In this document: piece after piece, positions 31,456-42,055 of the stretch
Layout: each line of letters begins with the position of its first letter
Numbering within the stretch: the stretch's first letter is position 1
Assembly (NCBI GenBank): GCA_963758915.1
Contig: CAVWXH010000016.1
Coordinates: 192,001 to 256,000 of the forward strand
Reading direction: 5' to 3'
From: an uncultured Methanomicrobiales archaeon
GTDB lineage: Archaea > Halobacteriota > Methanomicrobia > Methanomicrobiales > Methanospirillaceae
Length of the DNA stretch: 64,000 bases
Notes under the pieces: model-generated
The model's input: only the letters and a program-made list of their open reading frames with translations
Database searches by the model: none
Told to the model about the DNA's origin: nothing
Translations under genes and position numbers: made by a program

Positions 31456-32231
31456 GCCTGAGATCTGCGTTAGAACCGTTGTATGAAGCACAGCTCATAC
31501 GCCAGTGTGTATACAGGCCCCGTCATATTGCCATCATACAGGATGGGAACCGGCGATATGCCAGGAATACAGGTATTGATACCGCTGATGGTCACCGGGC
31601 GGGTGCAGATGTAACAGAAAAAGTCCTTGACTGGGTGCATGAACTGGGGATCACGCATATCACCCTCTATTCTTTCTCCACAGAAAATTTCAACCGGGAC
31701 CCAGGCGAAATAGAATCCCTCTTTACACTTTTCAAAGAGAAATTTGTCAGTGTCCTGACTGATGACAGGGTGTCAAAATACCGGATACGGGTCCGGATGG
31801 TCGGGGACAGGACACTCCTGCCTGATGACTTAAAAACGGTAGTTGAGATTGCGGAAGAGGCTACAAAAGAAAATAATGATTTTTTCTTAACGATTGCCCT
31901 GGCATACGGAGGCCGGAATGAGATCCTTCATGCAGCACGGCGGATCCTTGTAAAAGTCAGTGAGGGCACCTGTACTCCGGAAGATATCACCCGTTCAATG
32001 GTGGAATCGCACCTTCACGAGGGGAGTGATTTACCCCCTGTGGACCTCATTATCCGCACTGGAAATGAATGCAGGACTTCTAATTTCCTCCCGTGGCTCG
32101 CAAACGGGCATGAAAGTGCCGTATATTTCTCAGCTCCTTACTGGCCTATGTTCCGGAAAATAGACCTGCTCCGCGCGATAAGAGTATATTCACAACGGAA
32201 AGCAGCCGGAATTACTGCCCAAAACGCCTGA
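31452..32231 (+). CDS. uppS: cis-Prenyltransferase (polyprenyl diphosphate synthase)
   Basis: HIAIIQDGNRRYA, FSTENFNR, DLIIRTG, RTSNFLPW. Confidence 0.93.
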   Translation: MSLRSALEPLYEAQLIRQCVYRPRHIAIIQDGNRRYARNTGIDTADGHRAGADVTEKVLDWVHELGITHITLYSFSTENFNRDPGEIESLFTLFKEKFVSVLTDDRVSKYRIRVRMVGDRTLLPDDLKTVVEIAEEATKENNDFFLTIALAYGGRNEILHAARRILVKVSEGTCTPEDITRSMVESHLHEGSDLPPVDLIIRTGNECRTSNFLPWLANGHESAVYFSAPYWPMFRKIDLLRAIRVYSQRKAAGITAQNA

Positions 32232-32886
32232 CCCGGGACTGGTAATCACGGAGAGCCCGGAGAACGTCCACTTTCCGGATATATTTCCAGTTGGTATCTG
32301 AGAAAAAAAGTTCAGAATACACCGATTGCCATATCAGGAAATCGGTCAGGTGGTCGTCTCCGGTTTTTATCACAAAATCCGGGGTATACTTGAATGTCAG
32401 GTATGATTCGAGAAGCTTTTCGTTGACCTGATCAGGCCGGACATGACAGTCAGCCATTGATTTGATACATTCCGTGATCTCTTCTCTGCCACTCTTTCCG
32501 ATAGCCACGGTAACGGAAAGTCCGGATCCACGTTCTTCAGTCTGTTCCCTGTAATGGATGACCAGGTGGGCAATACTTCCGATTTTTCTGATTACCGGCA
32601 GGTATTTTTCAATGGACGAATTTTCTTTTGTACTGATATGAAATGTCAGGCCCTTTATGGTACTACCATTCCTGGCAGATTTTTCAGTTCCCCTGCTACT
32701 CTCAGTAATTGCGGGATCAGCTGTTCTGGCAGCAACACCTTCGGAAATATCAATACACCACCTTGTACATGCAAGGATCTTATCCGGGGCGTCCTGCATG
32801 TCCTGTTCGGTGATCATTACGCAGATATGGGCCGGGAGGAGCGAGAGCTGACGTTCCAGGCACCGTTCATATATCCAGTAAATCAA
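32212..32886 (-). CDS. UppS-like non-catalytic paralog
   Basis: Lacks DGNRR; keeps PDFVIKTG..LTDFLIWQSVYSE and C-terminal RRFG. Confidence 0.8.
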   Translation of the reverse strand: MIYWIYERCLERQLSLLPAHICVMITEQDMQDAPDKILACTRWCIDISEGVAARTADPAITESSRGTEKSARNGSTIKGLTFHISTKENSSIEKYLPVIRKIGSIAHLVIHYREQTEERGSGLSVTVAIGKSGREEITECIKSMADCHVRPDQVNEKLLESYLTFKYTPDFVIKTGDDHLTDFLIWQSVYSELFFSDTNWKYIRKVDVLRALRDYQSRVRRFGQ

Positions 32887-33031
32887 AACCCTGACCTCCG
32901 GTTGTACTGATTTTTCTAATGCATCCGGCAGGGCAGGTAAAGCAGTTCATACGAGTGATCAAAGGACAATATCCATTATTCTCGCAATCATTAATTGATT
33001 GTTATTATTAGTCAGGTTTCCACCTGATCAT

Positions 33032-34735
33032 TTAAGAAGCCCAGTCATGGAGCTCCTTCAATGTAAGGCTGTTTACAATATCCCTGGCACTGCACCAGCC
33101 GCGTTGTGCGATGGTTATACCGTAACGCATGTGCGAAAATTCATTATCACGATGTGTATCAGTACCGATTGAAATACGGACGCCCTGTTCTTTCGAATGC
33201 CTGATATCCGTGTCATCAAGGTCGAGCCTCCAGGGTGAGGCATTACATTCGAGTGCAGTCCCGGTATCCCGGGCACGATCGATTACCCGGGACATATCTA
33301 TTTCGAATGCAGGCCTCTTACCCAGGAGCCTGCCGGTGGGATGGCCGATAATATCAACGTTTTCATTCTCTAACGCCATTATTATGCGGCGTGTCATTGT
33401 GTCACGGTCCTCTTTAAGCCCGGAATGAACCGAGGCAATAACGAGGTCAAGGTCTGAAAGTGCATGATTTGGGAGTCCCAGTGAGCCATTTGAGAGGATA
33501 TCAACTTCAATGCCATGCAGGAGTGTACAGGTCCCTGCCTTCCTGTTGATTCGTTCAATTTCATGGCCCTGTTGTTGTAGTTTTTCTTCATCGAGGCCAT
33601 GGGTGATGCCGAGGGTTGCAGAGTGATCAGAACAGAGGATATAGTCATACCCAAGCCCCTCACCTTTGGTCGCCAGCTCTTCCAGGGAAAGCGCCCCGTC
33701 ACTCCAGTCAGAATGGACATGGAGATCACCTCTGATGTCGGATGGTCCGACCAGGTGCGGCAACTGGTAATTTTTTGCAAGTTCGATCTCTCCAAGGTTT
33801 TCCCGTAGTTCAGGGATTATAAACTGGAGTCCCAGGAATGCAAACATATCTTTCTCAGAAGAGAATTCATGGAGTTTACCATCTATCCGGTCTTCTATGC
33901 CGTATTCGTTTACCTTCCGGCCTTTTTCAATGGCAATTTCCCGGAGACGTATATTGAATTCTTTAGACCCTGTCAGGTACATCAGCATGGAACCTAACTG
34001 TCGCTCATGGGTGAACCTGATATCAACCCGTTGCCCGAACACACGCACGGAAGTCTTTCGTTCACCTTCATCGATTACCTCGTCGGAACTATTTTTGAGT
34101 TTTGGATTGATAACGGATGGGGATTCAGTTGTGACAATATCGATATCACCTATCGTGCTCCTGCCCCGGCGATAACTGCCGGCAACAACCCATGTTCCTG
34201 GCGTAAGGGATCCTGCAAGCCTGTTGACAACTGCTTCTGCCGCTACCCTGTTCATCCGCCCGCCGGCTGAACGATACAGAGCAATAGACTTAAGAAATCC
34301 CTTTTCTTTTTTTTCACCAAATCCCTTCAGAGACCGTATTCGCCGGCCACGTGCGGCCTTCTCAAGGTCCCCGATACTCTGGATATTCATCTTTTTCCAG
34401 AGCACTGCAATGGTTTTTGGGCCCACTCCTTCCAGGTTAAGGAGTTCTACCAGTGATGGTGGTACCTTTGCCCTGAGTTCTTCGAGTTCACTGCAGGTTG
34501 CGGTATCAACGATCTCCCGGGCATTCTTTGCAATCGCCTGCCCTATCCCCGGGACCAGTTTGAGGTCCTCTTCACTCATTAGTGCTACAGGGTTGTTAAA
34601 TCGTTCAATCACGCCTGCAGCCCTTTCGAATGCCCGGATTTTATAGAAATTGTCACCGGTGATTTCCAGAAGCTGGCCGATTAATAATAATTTTGCTGCT
34701 ATCTCCCTGTTTGAGACATCCATTACTGTGGCCAC
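33032..34735 (-). CDS. polX: DNA polymerase X with PHP domain
   Basis: HhH motifs, GSYRR, GDIDIV, TGSKEFN, DLHVHSDWSDG, HPTGR. Confidence 0.93.
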   Translation of the reverse strand: MATVMDVSNREIAAKLLLIGQLLEITGDNFYKIRAFERAAGVIERFNNPVALMSEEDLKLVPGIGQAIAKNAREIVDTATCSELEELRAKVPPSLVELLNLEGVGPKTIAVLWKKMNIQSIGDLEKAARGRRIRSLKGFGEKKEKGFLKSIALYRSAGGRMNRVAAEAVVNRLAGSLTPGTWVVAGSYRRGRSTIGDIDIVTTESPSVINPKLKNSSDEVIDEGERKTSVRVFGQRVDIRFTHERQLGSMLMYLTGSKEFNIRLREIAIEKGRKVNEYGIEDRIDGKLHEFSSEKDMFAFLGLQFIIPELRENLGEIELAKNYQLPHLVGPSDIRGDLHVHSDWSDGALSLEELATKGEGLGYDYILCSDHSATLGITHGLDEEKLQQQGHEIERINRKAGTCTLLHGIEVDILSNGSLGLPNHALSDLDLVIASVHSGLKEDRDTMTRRIIMALENENVDIIGHPTGRLLGKRPAFEIDMSRVIDRARDTGTALECNASPWRLDLDDTDIRHSKEQGVRISIGTDTHRDNEFSHMRYGITIAQRGWCSARDIVNSLTLKELHDWAS

Positions 34736-34925
34736 GCTCCTGAATAGTTCCTTTGGGTACGTACTGCAATGATGAACAGGTAAATTAGTTTCTTTTTATC
34801 TGTCTGGAATTGGGGTCCCCCAAAAAAATTCCATTCATCAGGAAGTATGGGGAAAAACAGAATGCAGAGCGTCGCAACAGCTGCGAGCTCCCTTACCCCG
34901 ATAGGTTATTGTACCATACTATTGT

Positions 34926-35246
34926 TCAGGGGTTCTTTTTCTCCAGTATCTTAACCGGTATTGGCATAATGCCAGGTCGCGTATCGGTCATCCAGGAAGT
35001 GTACGAAAGTACATGGACATAGTATTCGAGATACCCACGGATGAAGTCAGAGAGGCCTTCACTGCGACGGCCGAGAACGAGGATCACAAACCACTGGATA
35101 ATCATGATAATCCCGGCAATGAACCCGTACACCATCAGGACGATTGCTATTGCAATACTGTAAAATATACGGACTAGGAGTTCCAACCTTCTGGCGTTAC
35201 GCTCATAGGTGAAGAGCTGGGACATATTTTCTTCTGGATCAGACAT
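34926..35246 (-). CDS. DUF4389 family membrane protein
   Basis: RLELLVR...QWFVILVLGRR...YTSWMTDTRP. Confidence 0.75.
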   Translation of the reverse strand: MSDPEENMSQLFTYERNARRLELLVRIFYSIAIAIVLMVYGFIAGIIMIIQWFVILVLGRRSEGLSDFIRGYLEYYVHVLSYTSWMTDTRPGIMPIPVKILEKKNP

Positions 35247-35427
35247 ATAAACTCACCTTAATTTGGCCGGACAGGATGAATACTCTGTTTCTGCCGGTCT
35301 TGTATAACTGTCAACCTTTTACCTAAAATAATCGCTCTGTAGAAACACACATGAATAGGAAGTTCACACCCGGGCTTTGAAAATACCTCGTTCAAAATTT
35401 CTATATATTGGGGTCCGTTTTGATATT

Positions 35428-35685
35428 TTCATAGGAAATCCTCTCAAATCTATCTTGCAGACTGGTAATTCGAAAATTCGTCACGCTCCCGGGGCTCATG
35501 GCCCGCCTCTTTGGCGATCCCGTTAGGGATAGAGACTATCCCTCAATACTCTGAATTTGATGAACCTTCTGGAAACCCTGCACGAAGAATATCTTAATCG
35601 GGATGGGGCAGGAAGAGGGTGAAACCCCCCCTGTCTTCGTATTTCCCTCTTATTTTTTACGACGCCGAAGGGTTTCAACGAAGCC
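35428..35685. mobile_element. MITE copy 2 (left end uncertain)
   Basis: Shares GAAAT.CTCTCAAAT, GGGATAG and CCTGCAC.AAG.ATATCTT...GTGAAACCCCC with copy 1; ends TTTCAACGAAGCC. Confidence 0.55.
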
Positions 35686-35809
35686 TGAATAATGTTATTT
35701 ACCTGAAATGTTCGCGAATAAAAAAAATATTTGATTTCCCTTTGAGGCACATGTTTTTAAACCATTAAAACGAATCTATTGAGTCAGATCCTTGTCTGAT
35801 AACGCCTGT

Positions 35810-35881
35810 GTCCCGGTAGGGTAGTGGATATCCTAGAAGCCTGCGGAGCTTTTGACCCGGGTTCAAATCCCGGCCGGGGCG
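35810..35881 (+). tRNA. tRNA-Arg(GCG)
   Basis: GTCCCGGTAGGGTAGTGGATATCCTAGAAGCCT-GCG-GAGCTTTTGACCCGGGTTCAAATCCCGGCCGGGGCG cloverleaf. Confidence 0.95.
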
Positions 35882-36166
35882 CTATTATCTTCAGGTTAAA
35901 TCTCTTTTATTCGATTATTTATTTGCGCCTCAATATTGAGATCACCTTAACTTTCCGTATTGAGACATTTTAAATAAGCCACCTGATTAGCCGGAGTGAA
36001 ATATTAACCGTGGACAAACAGAAAATACCTGTCCTGGTTCAGGTCAGATAAACCGTTTTCACGGGATACAAGATTATTTAATATTTCAGCATAAAAGTTG
36101 AAATTTAAGTAAGGTGGCAATTTATGAAAAAGAATACATCGAAAATTACTAAGCTATAGACGAGTT

Positions 36167-36430
36167 GTGACAGTTATTGCAATTCTCATCGCTTTGATCT
36201 TTATGGCTGCGCCGGTTTCGGCATCTGCGTGTCATCCGGGCTTCGTTGTCATATACCCCTCAAGTTCATTCGAGTTTGCACAGCCTTCCTTTTCAGGTAT
36301 CGTTATCCAAAGTCCGACTTTGAATCAGGGGAGTGCAATCCAGTTTTCGCGACCCACGTTTTCCAGCAGTGCACCGGGTTTTCTCATCAAAGGCAAGGCA
36401 TATACCCCCGCGAACCCGTTTGGATGGTAA
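36167..36430 (+). CDS. Small secreted hypothetical protein (true start possibly ATG 36124 across a 1-nt frameshift)
   Basis: Signal-peptide h-region ending VSA; upstream MKKNTSK is out of frame by one base. Confidence 0.5.
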   Translation: MTVIAILIALIFMAAPVSASACHPGFVVIYPSSSFEFAQPSFSGIVIQSPTLNQGSAIQFSRPTFSSSAPGFLIKGKAYTPANPFGW

Positions 36431-36474
36431 TCCCTCTCCTTTTTTGCTCTTCGCTATTTATGAGTGGGTAACAT

Positions 36475-36598
36475 TGAGCCTTTGGATAACCCTGCCCGAA
36501 GAATATCTTAATGGGATGGGGCAGGGAAGGGTAAAATCCCCTCATGTCTTCGTATTTCCCTCTTATTTTTTATGACACTGAAGGGCTTCAACAAAGCC
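36475..36598. repeat. MITE copy 3 (right-end fragment)
   Basis: Closely matches 35561-35685; ends TTCAACAAAGCC, the reverse complement of the first 12 bp of the IS903 inverted repeat. Confidence 0.65.
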
Positions 36599-36639
36599 AA
36601 GATTCCTTCACTATTTTCATTAAAAGTCCGGAATTATAA

Positions 36640-36840
36640 TCAGTCTTCTGGTTCAAAACCTCGCGTAAACCCACGTTTATAATCATCTTCGTGGTTCGGT
36701 AACCATGCCGCAGCCTTCAGGTAACCCCTGTCCCCGGCCATTTTTATGATTTTCTGGAAATCCAGGGTGTAATGTACTTCCCTGTTGAGGGGGACGAGCT
36801 CATCATAGACCTTCCGGGGGACCTTGACCTTCTCAATCAT
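36640..36840 (-). CDS. Small hypothetical protein (DUF5049-like)
   Basis: KVPRKVYD...GY..AAAWL..H..DY.RG..RGFEPE pattern. Confidence 0.5.
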   Translation of the reverse strand: MIEKVKVPRKVYDELVPLNREVHYTLDFQKIIKMAGDRGYLKAAAWLPNHEDDYKRGFTRGFEPED

Positions 36841-37008
36841 AGCTGATTCAGATATTTTACTATAATAGTTTAAGATCTTATGGTTCCGTTGAAAGAAAAT
36901 TTCCTGCAAACACAAATAAACTGCAGTTCTGATATGGAACTACATAGACATCTGGCTGAATTATGTGGAAACCTATAAGTAACTCTCTGGTTGATACATC
37001 AATCACCA

Positions 37009-37209
37009 ATGGTCGTTATGGACAGCAGAGGGTGGATATTTTATTCCCTTATATCATTTGTAGCCTTGCTCTGGGCGGGATTTATCTACCAGCAGGGGAT
37101 AATGCTGTGGGTCAGTTTTTTTATCACCCTGACAGTGCTCGGCGTTTCTGCAATCCTCCTTGTATTTCTAATCATGGAGACCCGGGAAAAAGAAAAAGAC
37201 TCCTCGTAG
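37009..37209 (+). CDS. Small two-TM membrane protein
   Basis: Two hydrophobic helices and a charged tail. Confidence 0.5.
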   Translation: MVVMDSRGWIFYSLISFVALLWAGFIYQQGIMLWVSFFITLTVLGVSAILLVFLIMETREKEKDSS

Positions 37210-37391
37210 GTCTTTTCTGGTAAGATCCGTTATGGTCTTAAACTATCAAATCCTGGCCGTGCCACCTTACCGAATATCAAACGAGAATTGAGGTTTAATT
37301 GCAATATAAAGGCTACCTTTCTAAAATTCCTGATTCCTGTAACGGTAAAAGAGAAGAGTATTTATGTTCCATAGTGGAGTAAAATAATCTT

Positions 37392-37637
37392 ATGAGGGTA
37401 AGATCAGGGGAAGTATTCTATATGGCTATCCTGATGATCATTCTCTTATTCGGAATGTTTGTCCTCGTTGCTCTTGCCATGATGATTTCGGCGGACCAGA
37501 GTATGATCGCCGAACGCAAAGGAGCTATTTTCCAGTTGGTTGACCAGCTTACACAGTCACTGCAACCTCTAATAGTTGCTCTTGCCCAGATGACAGAATT
37601 CTTTATTGATCAGTTCTGGCAACTCATCCCCAGTTAG
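37392..37637 (+). CDS. Small membrane protein
   Basis: ATG with upstream GGAG; one strong TM helix. Confidence 0.5.
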   Translation: MRVRSGEVFYMAILMIILLFGMFVLVALAMMISADQSMIAERKGAIFQLVDQLTQSLQPLIVALAQMTEFFIDQFWQLIPS

Positions 37638-37950
37638 TCCTTTTTTTAATGGTATCTAAAATTACAGCTGTGTACCCGGTCAGAAGTGAATATCTGCTGA
37701 TCCTATCGAGAGAAGATAAAACGGATATATAAACCTGATTATTCCATACTCCGCGTATTGAACGGTATATTCCGGAACTGCCATGTCCGGTTACGAGAAT
37801 GCTGGTTTTTCGTTTTGAACAATTAAGGATAAGAGCCGATTGCAATAACATTAACCCGGCATTGCCGCTTAATACTGATTTCCTGGCTATGGAATGAAGG
37901 AATAGTGGAAAATAAGGTCATCAGACCTGATTAGGATCAAACTAATACTA

Positions 37951-38583
37951 TTACCTGGTTTGTTTGTGGTGCCTGATAAGTGATTTGAATTCCCGGGTGG
38001 CCTTGGCAATATCATCAGAACATAGGATAGCCGAAACCAGGGCGACTCCATCGGCCCCTGATACCAGTACTTCCCTGATATTTTCTTTATGAATGCCCCC
38101 TATGCCTATTACCGGGATTGAAATATGTTGCTTAATCGCGGTAATGAGGGTAGTCCCATGTCCCGGGCCTGCATCCGGCTTTGTTCTGGTTCCAAACACC
38201 GGGCTGACTGCTACATAAGCCGCCCCGCCTGCTTCAGCATTCACTGCCTCCGCAACTGATCCCACGGATATACCGATTATAAAATCACCAGGAGCCAATT
38301 TTCTTGCTTCGTTTAATGGCAGGTCATCCTGCCCCAGATGCACTCCGTCCGCACCGGATGCAATGGCAATATCGATCCGGTCATTGACGATGAACAATGT
38401 GCCGGCTCTGCTGGTAATGTCCCTGATTTCGCAAGCTGTAATGAACAGGCTGCGTCCAGTCATATCCTTATCGCGGAGCTGGATAACATCCGCACCTCCG
38501 GATATGGCTTCTTGTGCAATGTGTTTATGAGTCAGTCTTTTTCGGAGTTTTTCATCAGTAACCACATACAGGTCGTATGGCAT
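37951..38583 (-). CDS. thiE: Thiamine-phosphate synthase
   Basis: LYVVTD, QLRDK, IVNDRID, GVHLGQDD, IGGI. Confidence 0.95.
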   Translation of the reverse strand: MPYDLYVVTDEKLRKRLTHKHIAQEAISGGADVIQLRDKDMTGRSLFITACEIRDITSRAGTLFIVNDRIDIAIASGADGVHLGQDDLPLNEARKLAPGDFIIGISVGSVAEAVNAEAGGAAYVAVSPVFGTRTKPDAGPGHGTTLITAIKQHISIPVIGIGGIHKENIREVLVSGADGVALVSAILCSDDIAKATREFKSLIRHHKQTR

Positions 38584-38585
38584 CT

Positions 38586-39377
38586 TCAGAGCATCCTGAT
38601 TTTTGCATCGCGTGCGAGTTCCGCCGGGGTTAGCAGCGACAGGTGATCGAATACTGCAGTTTTGAAAGATCCCGGGCCGGAAGTGGTTGCCGCCGCCCTT
38701 TCGCCTGCAATTCCGAATGCCGCAAGTGATGCTGCGGACGCTTCTGCCATGTCCCGTTGAACTGCGGCGAATGAAGCGATGATGGAAGTTGCCATGCAAC
38801 CGGTCCCTGATATTCTGCCCATCATGGGATGCCCGTTCTCAACGGCGATGAGTTGACTGCCGTCACTTACAATGTCAGTAGCGCCACTTACTACGATGGT
38901 AATCCCGGTCTCAAGGGCAAAATCATGTGCAATACGGGGGAGGTCCCCTTTTACATCCCCGGAATCCACCCCCCTGACCCTTGCATCAGCACCAGCAAGT
39001 GTTCCTATCTCTCCTGCATTCCCTTTGATAACCGATATCTGTAAATCGGTAATCAGGCGTGACATGAAATCTGTCCTGTAACGGGTTGCCCCGGCACCTA
39101 CAGGGTCGACAATTATTGGAATACCAAGGTCATTTGCTGCACGACCTGCAAGGAGCATGGATTTCTCCTGGTAAGAGTCCAGTGTCCCGATATTCAGCAC
39201 AAGGGCACCTGCATGGCGAACCATCTCTTCGACTTCCTCCCATGCATGAGACATAACCGGGGATGCACCAATACAGAGGGTAATGTTCGCACAGTCATTT
39301 ACGGTTACATAATTCGTTATGTGATGAACCAGGGGTTTTTTCTGGCGTATTGATTCGAGCATGGCTGAATATTTCAT
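38586..39377 (-). CDS. thiM: Hydroxyethylthiazole kinase
   Basis: [27 protein letters not shown]. Confidence 0.95.
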   Translation of the reverse strand: MKYSAMLESIRQKKPLVHHITNYVTVNDCANITLCIGASPVMSHAWEEVEEMVRHAGALVLNIGTLDSYQEKSMLLAGRAANDLGIPIIVDPVGAGATRYRTDFMSRLITDLQISVIKGNAGEIGTLAGADARVRGVDSGDVKGDLPRIAHDFALETGITIVVSGATDIVSDGSQLIAVENGHPMMGRISGTGCMATSIIASFAAVQRDMAEASAASLAAFGIAGERAAATTSGPGSFKTAVFDHLSLLTPAELARDAKIRML

Positions 39378-39490
39378 GGGGCTCACGATTCAACTCCGGC
39401 AATAATATGATTAAAACCTGTCAGTTATTCACTTATTCCGGGTTAGTATTGAATATTCTGCATAAACCCAACAATTAGAAAAAAACAGTA

Positions 39491-39565
<75 letters not shown>

Positions 39566-39657
39566 GCTTTACAAGAAGTTGCTTTAACTAGTTTCTATTA
39601 CACGTAAAAATAGGTTGTGGAACGGGTAGGGGGTAAGGGAGAAAATCTGATATATAA

Positions 39658-40524
39658 TCAGTAGATTGGTGTCCCTTCAGTCTCTGTTATCCTCTTGAAC
39701 GCGGCCATAAATTGCCTTGTCACAGGCCCCGGCTTCCCTGTCCCTATACTCCTTCCGTCGATTATTGTTATAGGTGCAACTTCGGCAGCTGTCCCGGTAA
39801 CAAACACTTCATCAGCCGTATAGAGATCGAAATATCCCATGTTTTGTTCTTTCACGGTGACTCCCATGGATTGGGCAATCTCAAGGACCACGTCACGGGT
39901 TATACCCCGGAGGTTATTGAGGGTGGGCGGGGTAATAATAACCCCGTTTTTCACTGCAAAGATATTATCTCCTGACCCTTCAGAAAGGTAGCCATTTGTA
40001 TCAAAAATGATCGCCTCGTCTCCCCCCTTGTAGTTTGCCTCAATTTTTGCGAGAATATTATTCAGGTAATTAAGACTCTTCACGTTTGGCGGGAGTGCAG
40101 CGGCAGCATTTCTCCTGACAGAAACGGATACCCCGACAAGGCCTTTTTCATAGAGATCACCATACATGGCCCCCCATTCTATGGCGATACAGATGACGGT
40201 TGCTTTTGCGCATTTACGCGGGTCGAGGCCGAGATCCCCCACACCCCTTGTGACAATCGGACGTATATACCCGTTTTTCAGGTTATTCTTCCTTAGTGTC
40301 TCAATAATGACCTTTGCCATCTCTTCCCTTGATATCGGGACGGCAAGATCGATTGTCTTTGCCGAATCAAAAAGCCGGTCAACATGCTCCATGAGCCGGA
40401 ATACTCTTCCGTTGTATGCACGGATCCCTTCAAAAGCCCCGTCCCCGTACAGGAGCCCGTGGTCAAATACAGATATCTTTGCCTGTTCCCGCGGCAAAAA
40501 CTGGCCATCGATATAGATCAGCAT
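39658..40524 (-). CDS. ilvE: Branched-chain amino acid aminotransferase
   Basis: [32 protein letters not shown]. Confidence 0.95.
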   Translation of the reverse strand: MLIYIDGQFLPREQAKISVFDHGLLYGDGAFEGIRAYNGRVFRLMEHVDRLFDSAKTIDLAVPISREEMAKVIIETLRKNNLKNGYIRPIVTRGVGDLGLDPRKCAKATVICIAIEWGAMYGDLYEKGLVGVSVSVRRNAAAALPPNVKSLNYLNNILAKIEANYKGGDEAIIFDTNGYLSEGSGDNIFAVKNGVIITPPTLNNLRGITRDVVLEIAQSMGVTVKEQNMGYFDLYTADEVFVTGTAAEVAPITIIDGRSIGTGKPGPVTRQFMAAFKRITETEGTPIY

Positions 40525-40677
40525 ATCTTAAGATTGTACATTCCCTAGTATTTTTTACCTCTCAATTGATGTGCACTAGTTACGGTTGTACTAACCCCGT
40601 GAGGAAGGGAATTTGCGAATTACGATAGCTAATAAAATATTGCAGAAAATGGGATGTTAAGGCAATTCTGATTTGTT

Positions 40678-42055
40678 TCACGTACGGGTCCTGCACCTTC
40701 CAACGAAATGCCTGAACATTGCGATTCCCGGCACCGGGTGCAGGTGTGTGTAACTACCCAGGGTCTGTCCAGTCACAGCACCGTCATACATTCCGTCAAT
40801 CCCGGTCCCACGGGTGAGCCTGTATGCGTAATTGGTTTCAGGTGCCAGGCAGACATCGGAGTAATGAAACTCATGGCCTCTGAAACTCCCTGCCCCGAGC
40901 GGGCAGTCTGCCCTGCTCTCCCCCTCTACGTAACTGACTACACGGCGCGCGGGCATCCGCGTTTCACCCGTAAAAACACCTGCCATTTCATATACCCGTT
41001 CTTGTTTATGGCCCTGCCATCCTTCCATCAGGCGTATCCGTTCTGTCAGGTACATCAGCCCGCCGCACTCCGCATAGATCGGCACGCCGTTCCCTGATTG
41101 TTCACGGATCGCCTCCCGCATCCGGGTGTTTGATTCAAGCCCGGGGAGAAATAATTCGGGGTAGCCCCCTCCGATTATATAGCCCTCTGCATCGGGTAAC
41201 CGATCCCTGACAGGGCTGAATGGTATCACATCGGCCCCAAGTGCCGGCAGGACATCAAACAGGTCAGAATAATAAAAATTGAACGCTTCGTCACGGGCAA
41301 CAGCGATCCTGGTATCTGTTTCATGTTCTTTTGGAAAGAGTGGCGCCCCTTTCGGCACATCCGGGATATCAGCTGCAATGCTGGTGAACGCATCGAGTGA
41401 TACATGCTCTCCAATCAGTCCGGTTACCCTGGCTATTCTCTTTTCAAATTCACTGCTGCCCTGCCGTTCTATGAAGGGCACCAGGCCGAGATGCCGCATG
41501 GTAAGTTCCATCTCTTCCATACGTGGAATTGCACCAATAACCGGGACATTGCAATAATGCTCAATTGCAGAGGTTGCCTTATCCGAATGTTTTACGCCCA
41601 TGACATTGTTGAGAATCACTCCCTTAATCTGTATATCAGGAGAAAATGCCTGGAAACCCTTAACGACGGCTGCAGCGCTCCTGGTAATGCTCCGGGCACT
41701 GATTACGAGCACAACAGGCAGGTCAAGGGCACGTGCGATCGCTTCAGTACTTCCAACATCTGTAAGTGCCTCAGCGCCTTCGAACAAGCCCCGCACTCCT
41801 TCCACCAGGGCAAAATCAGCACCCTGGCAGCCATGGGTGAATACCCGTGATATCTCTGAAGGGGACATGACAAAACTGTCAAGGTTCCGGCATGGCCGTC
41901 CTGTGACGCCCGTGAGATACGATGGATCGATGTAGTCCATCCCCGCCTTGAAGGTCTGTACCTGTCATCCTGCGGGAAAGAAGCGATGAAAGTGCAAGAG
42001 AAATACTAGTCTTTCCACAACCTGACCTGTCACCTGATATCAGGACAGCTTTCAT
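40678..42055 (-). CDS. cfbB: Ni-sirohydrochlorin a,c-diamide synthase (F430), 1-nt frameshift near 41962
   Basis: MKAVLISGDRSGCGKT (ATG 42055) joins VQTFKAGMDYIDP; EGVRGLFEG, MRHLGL, AECGG, GHEFH; in the cfb cluster. Confidence 0.88.

Noticed and set aside
35810-37900. Integrated provirus or island at tRNA-Arg
   Set aside because: No integrase and no duplicated tRNA 3' end were found.
39387-39490. TPP riboswitch upstream of thiM-thiE
   Set aside because: The spacer is only about 100 nt, AT-rich, and lacks the CTGAGA core.
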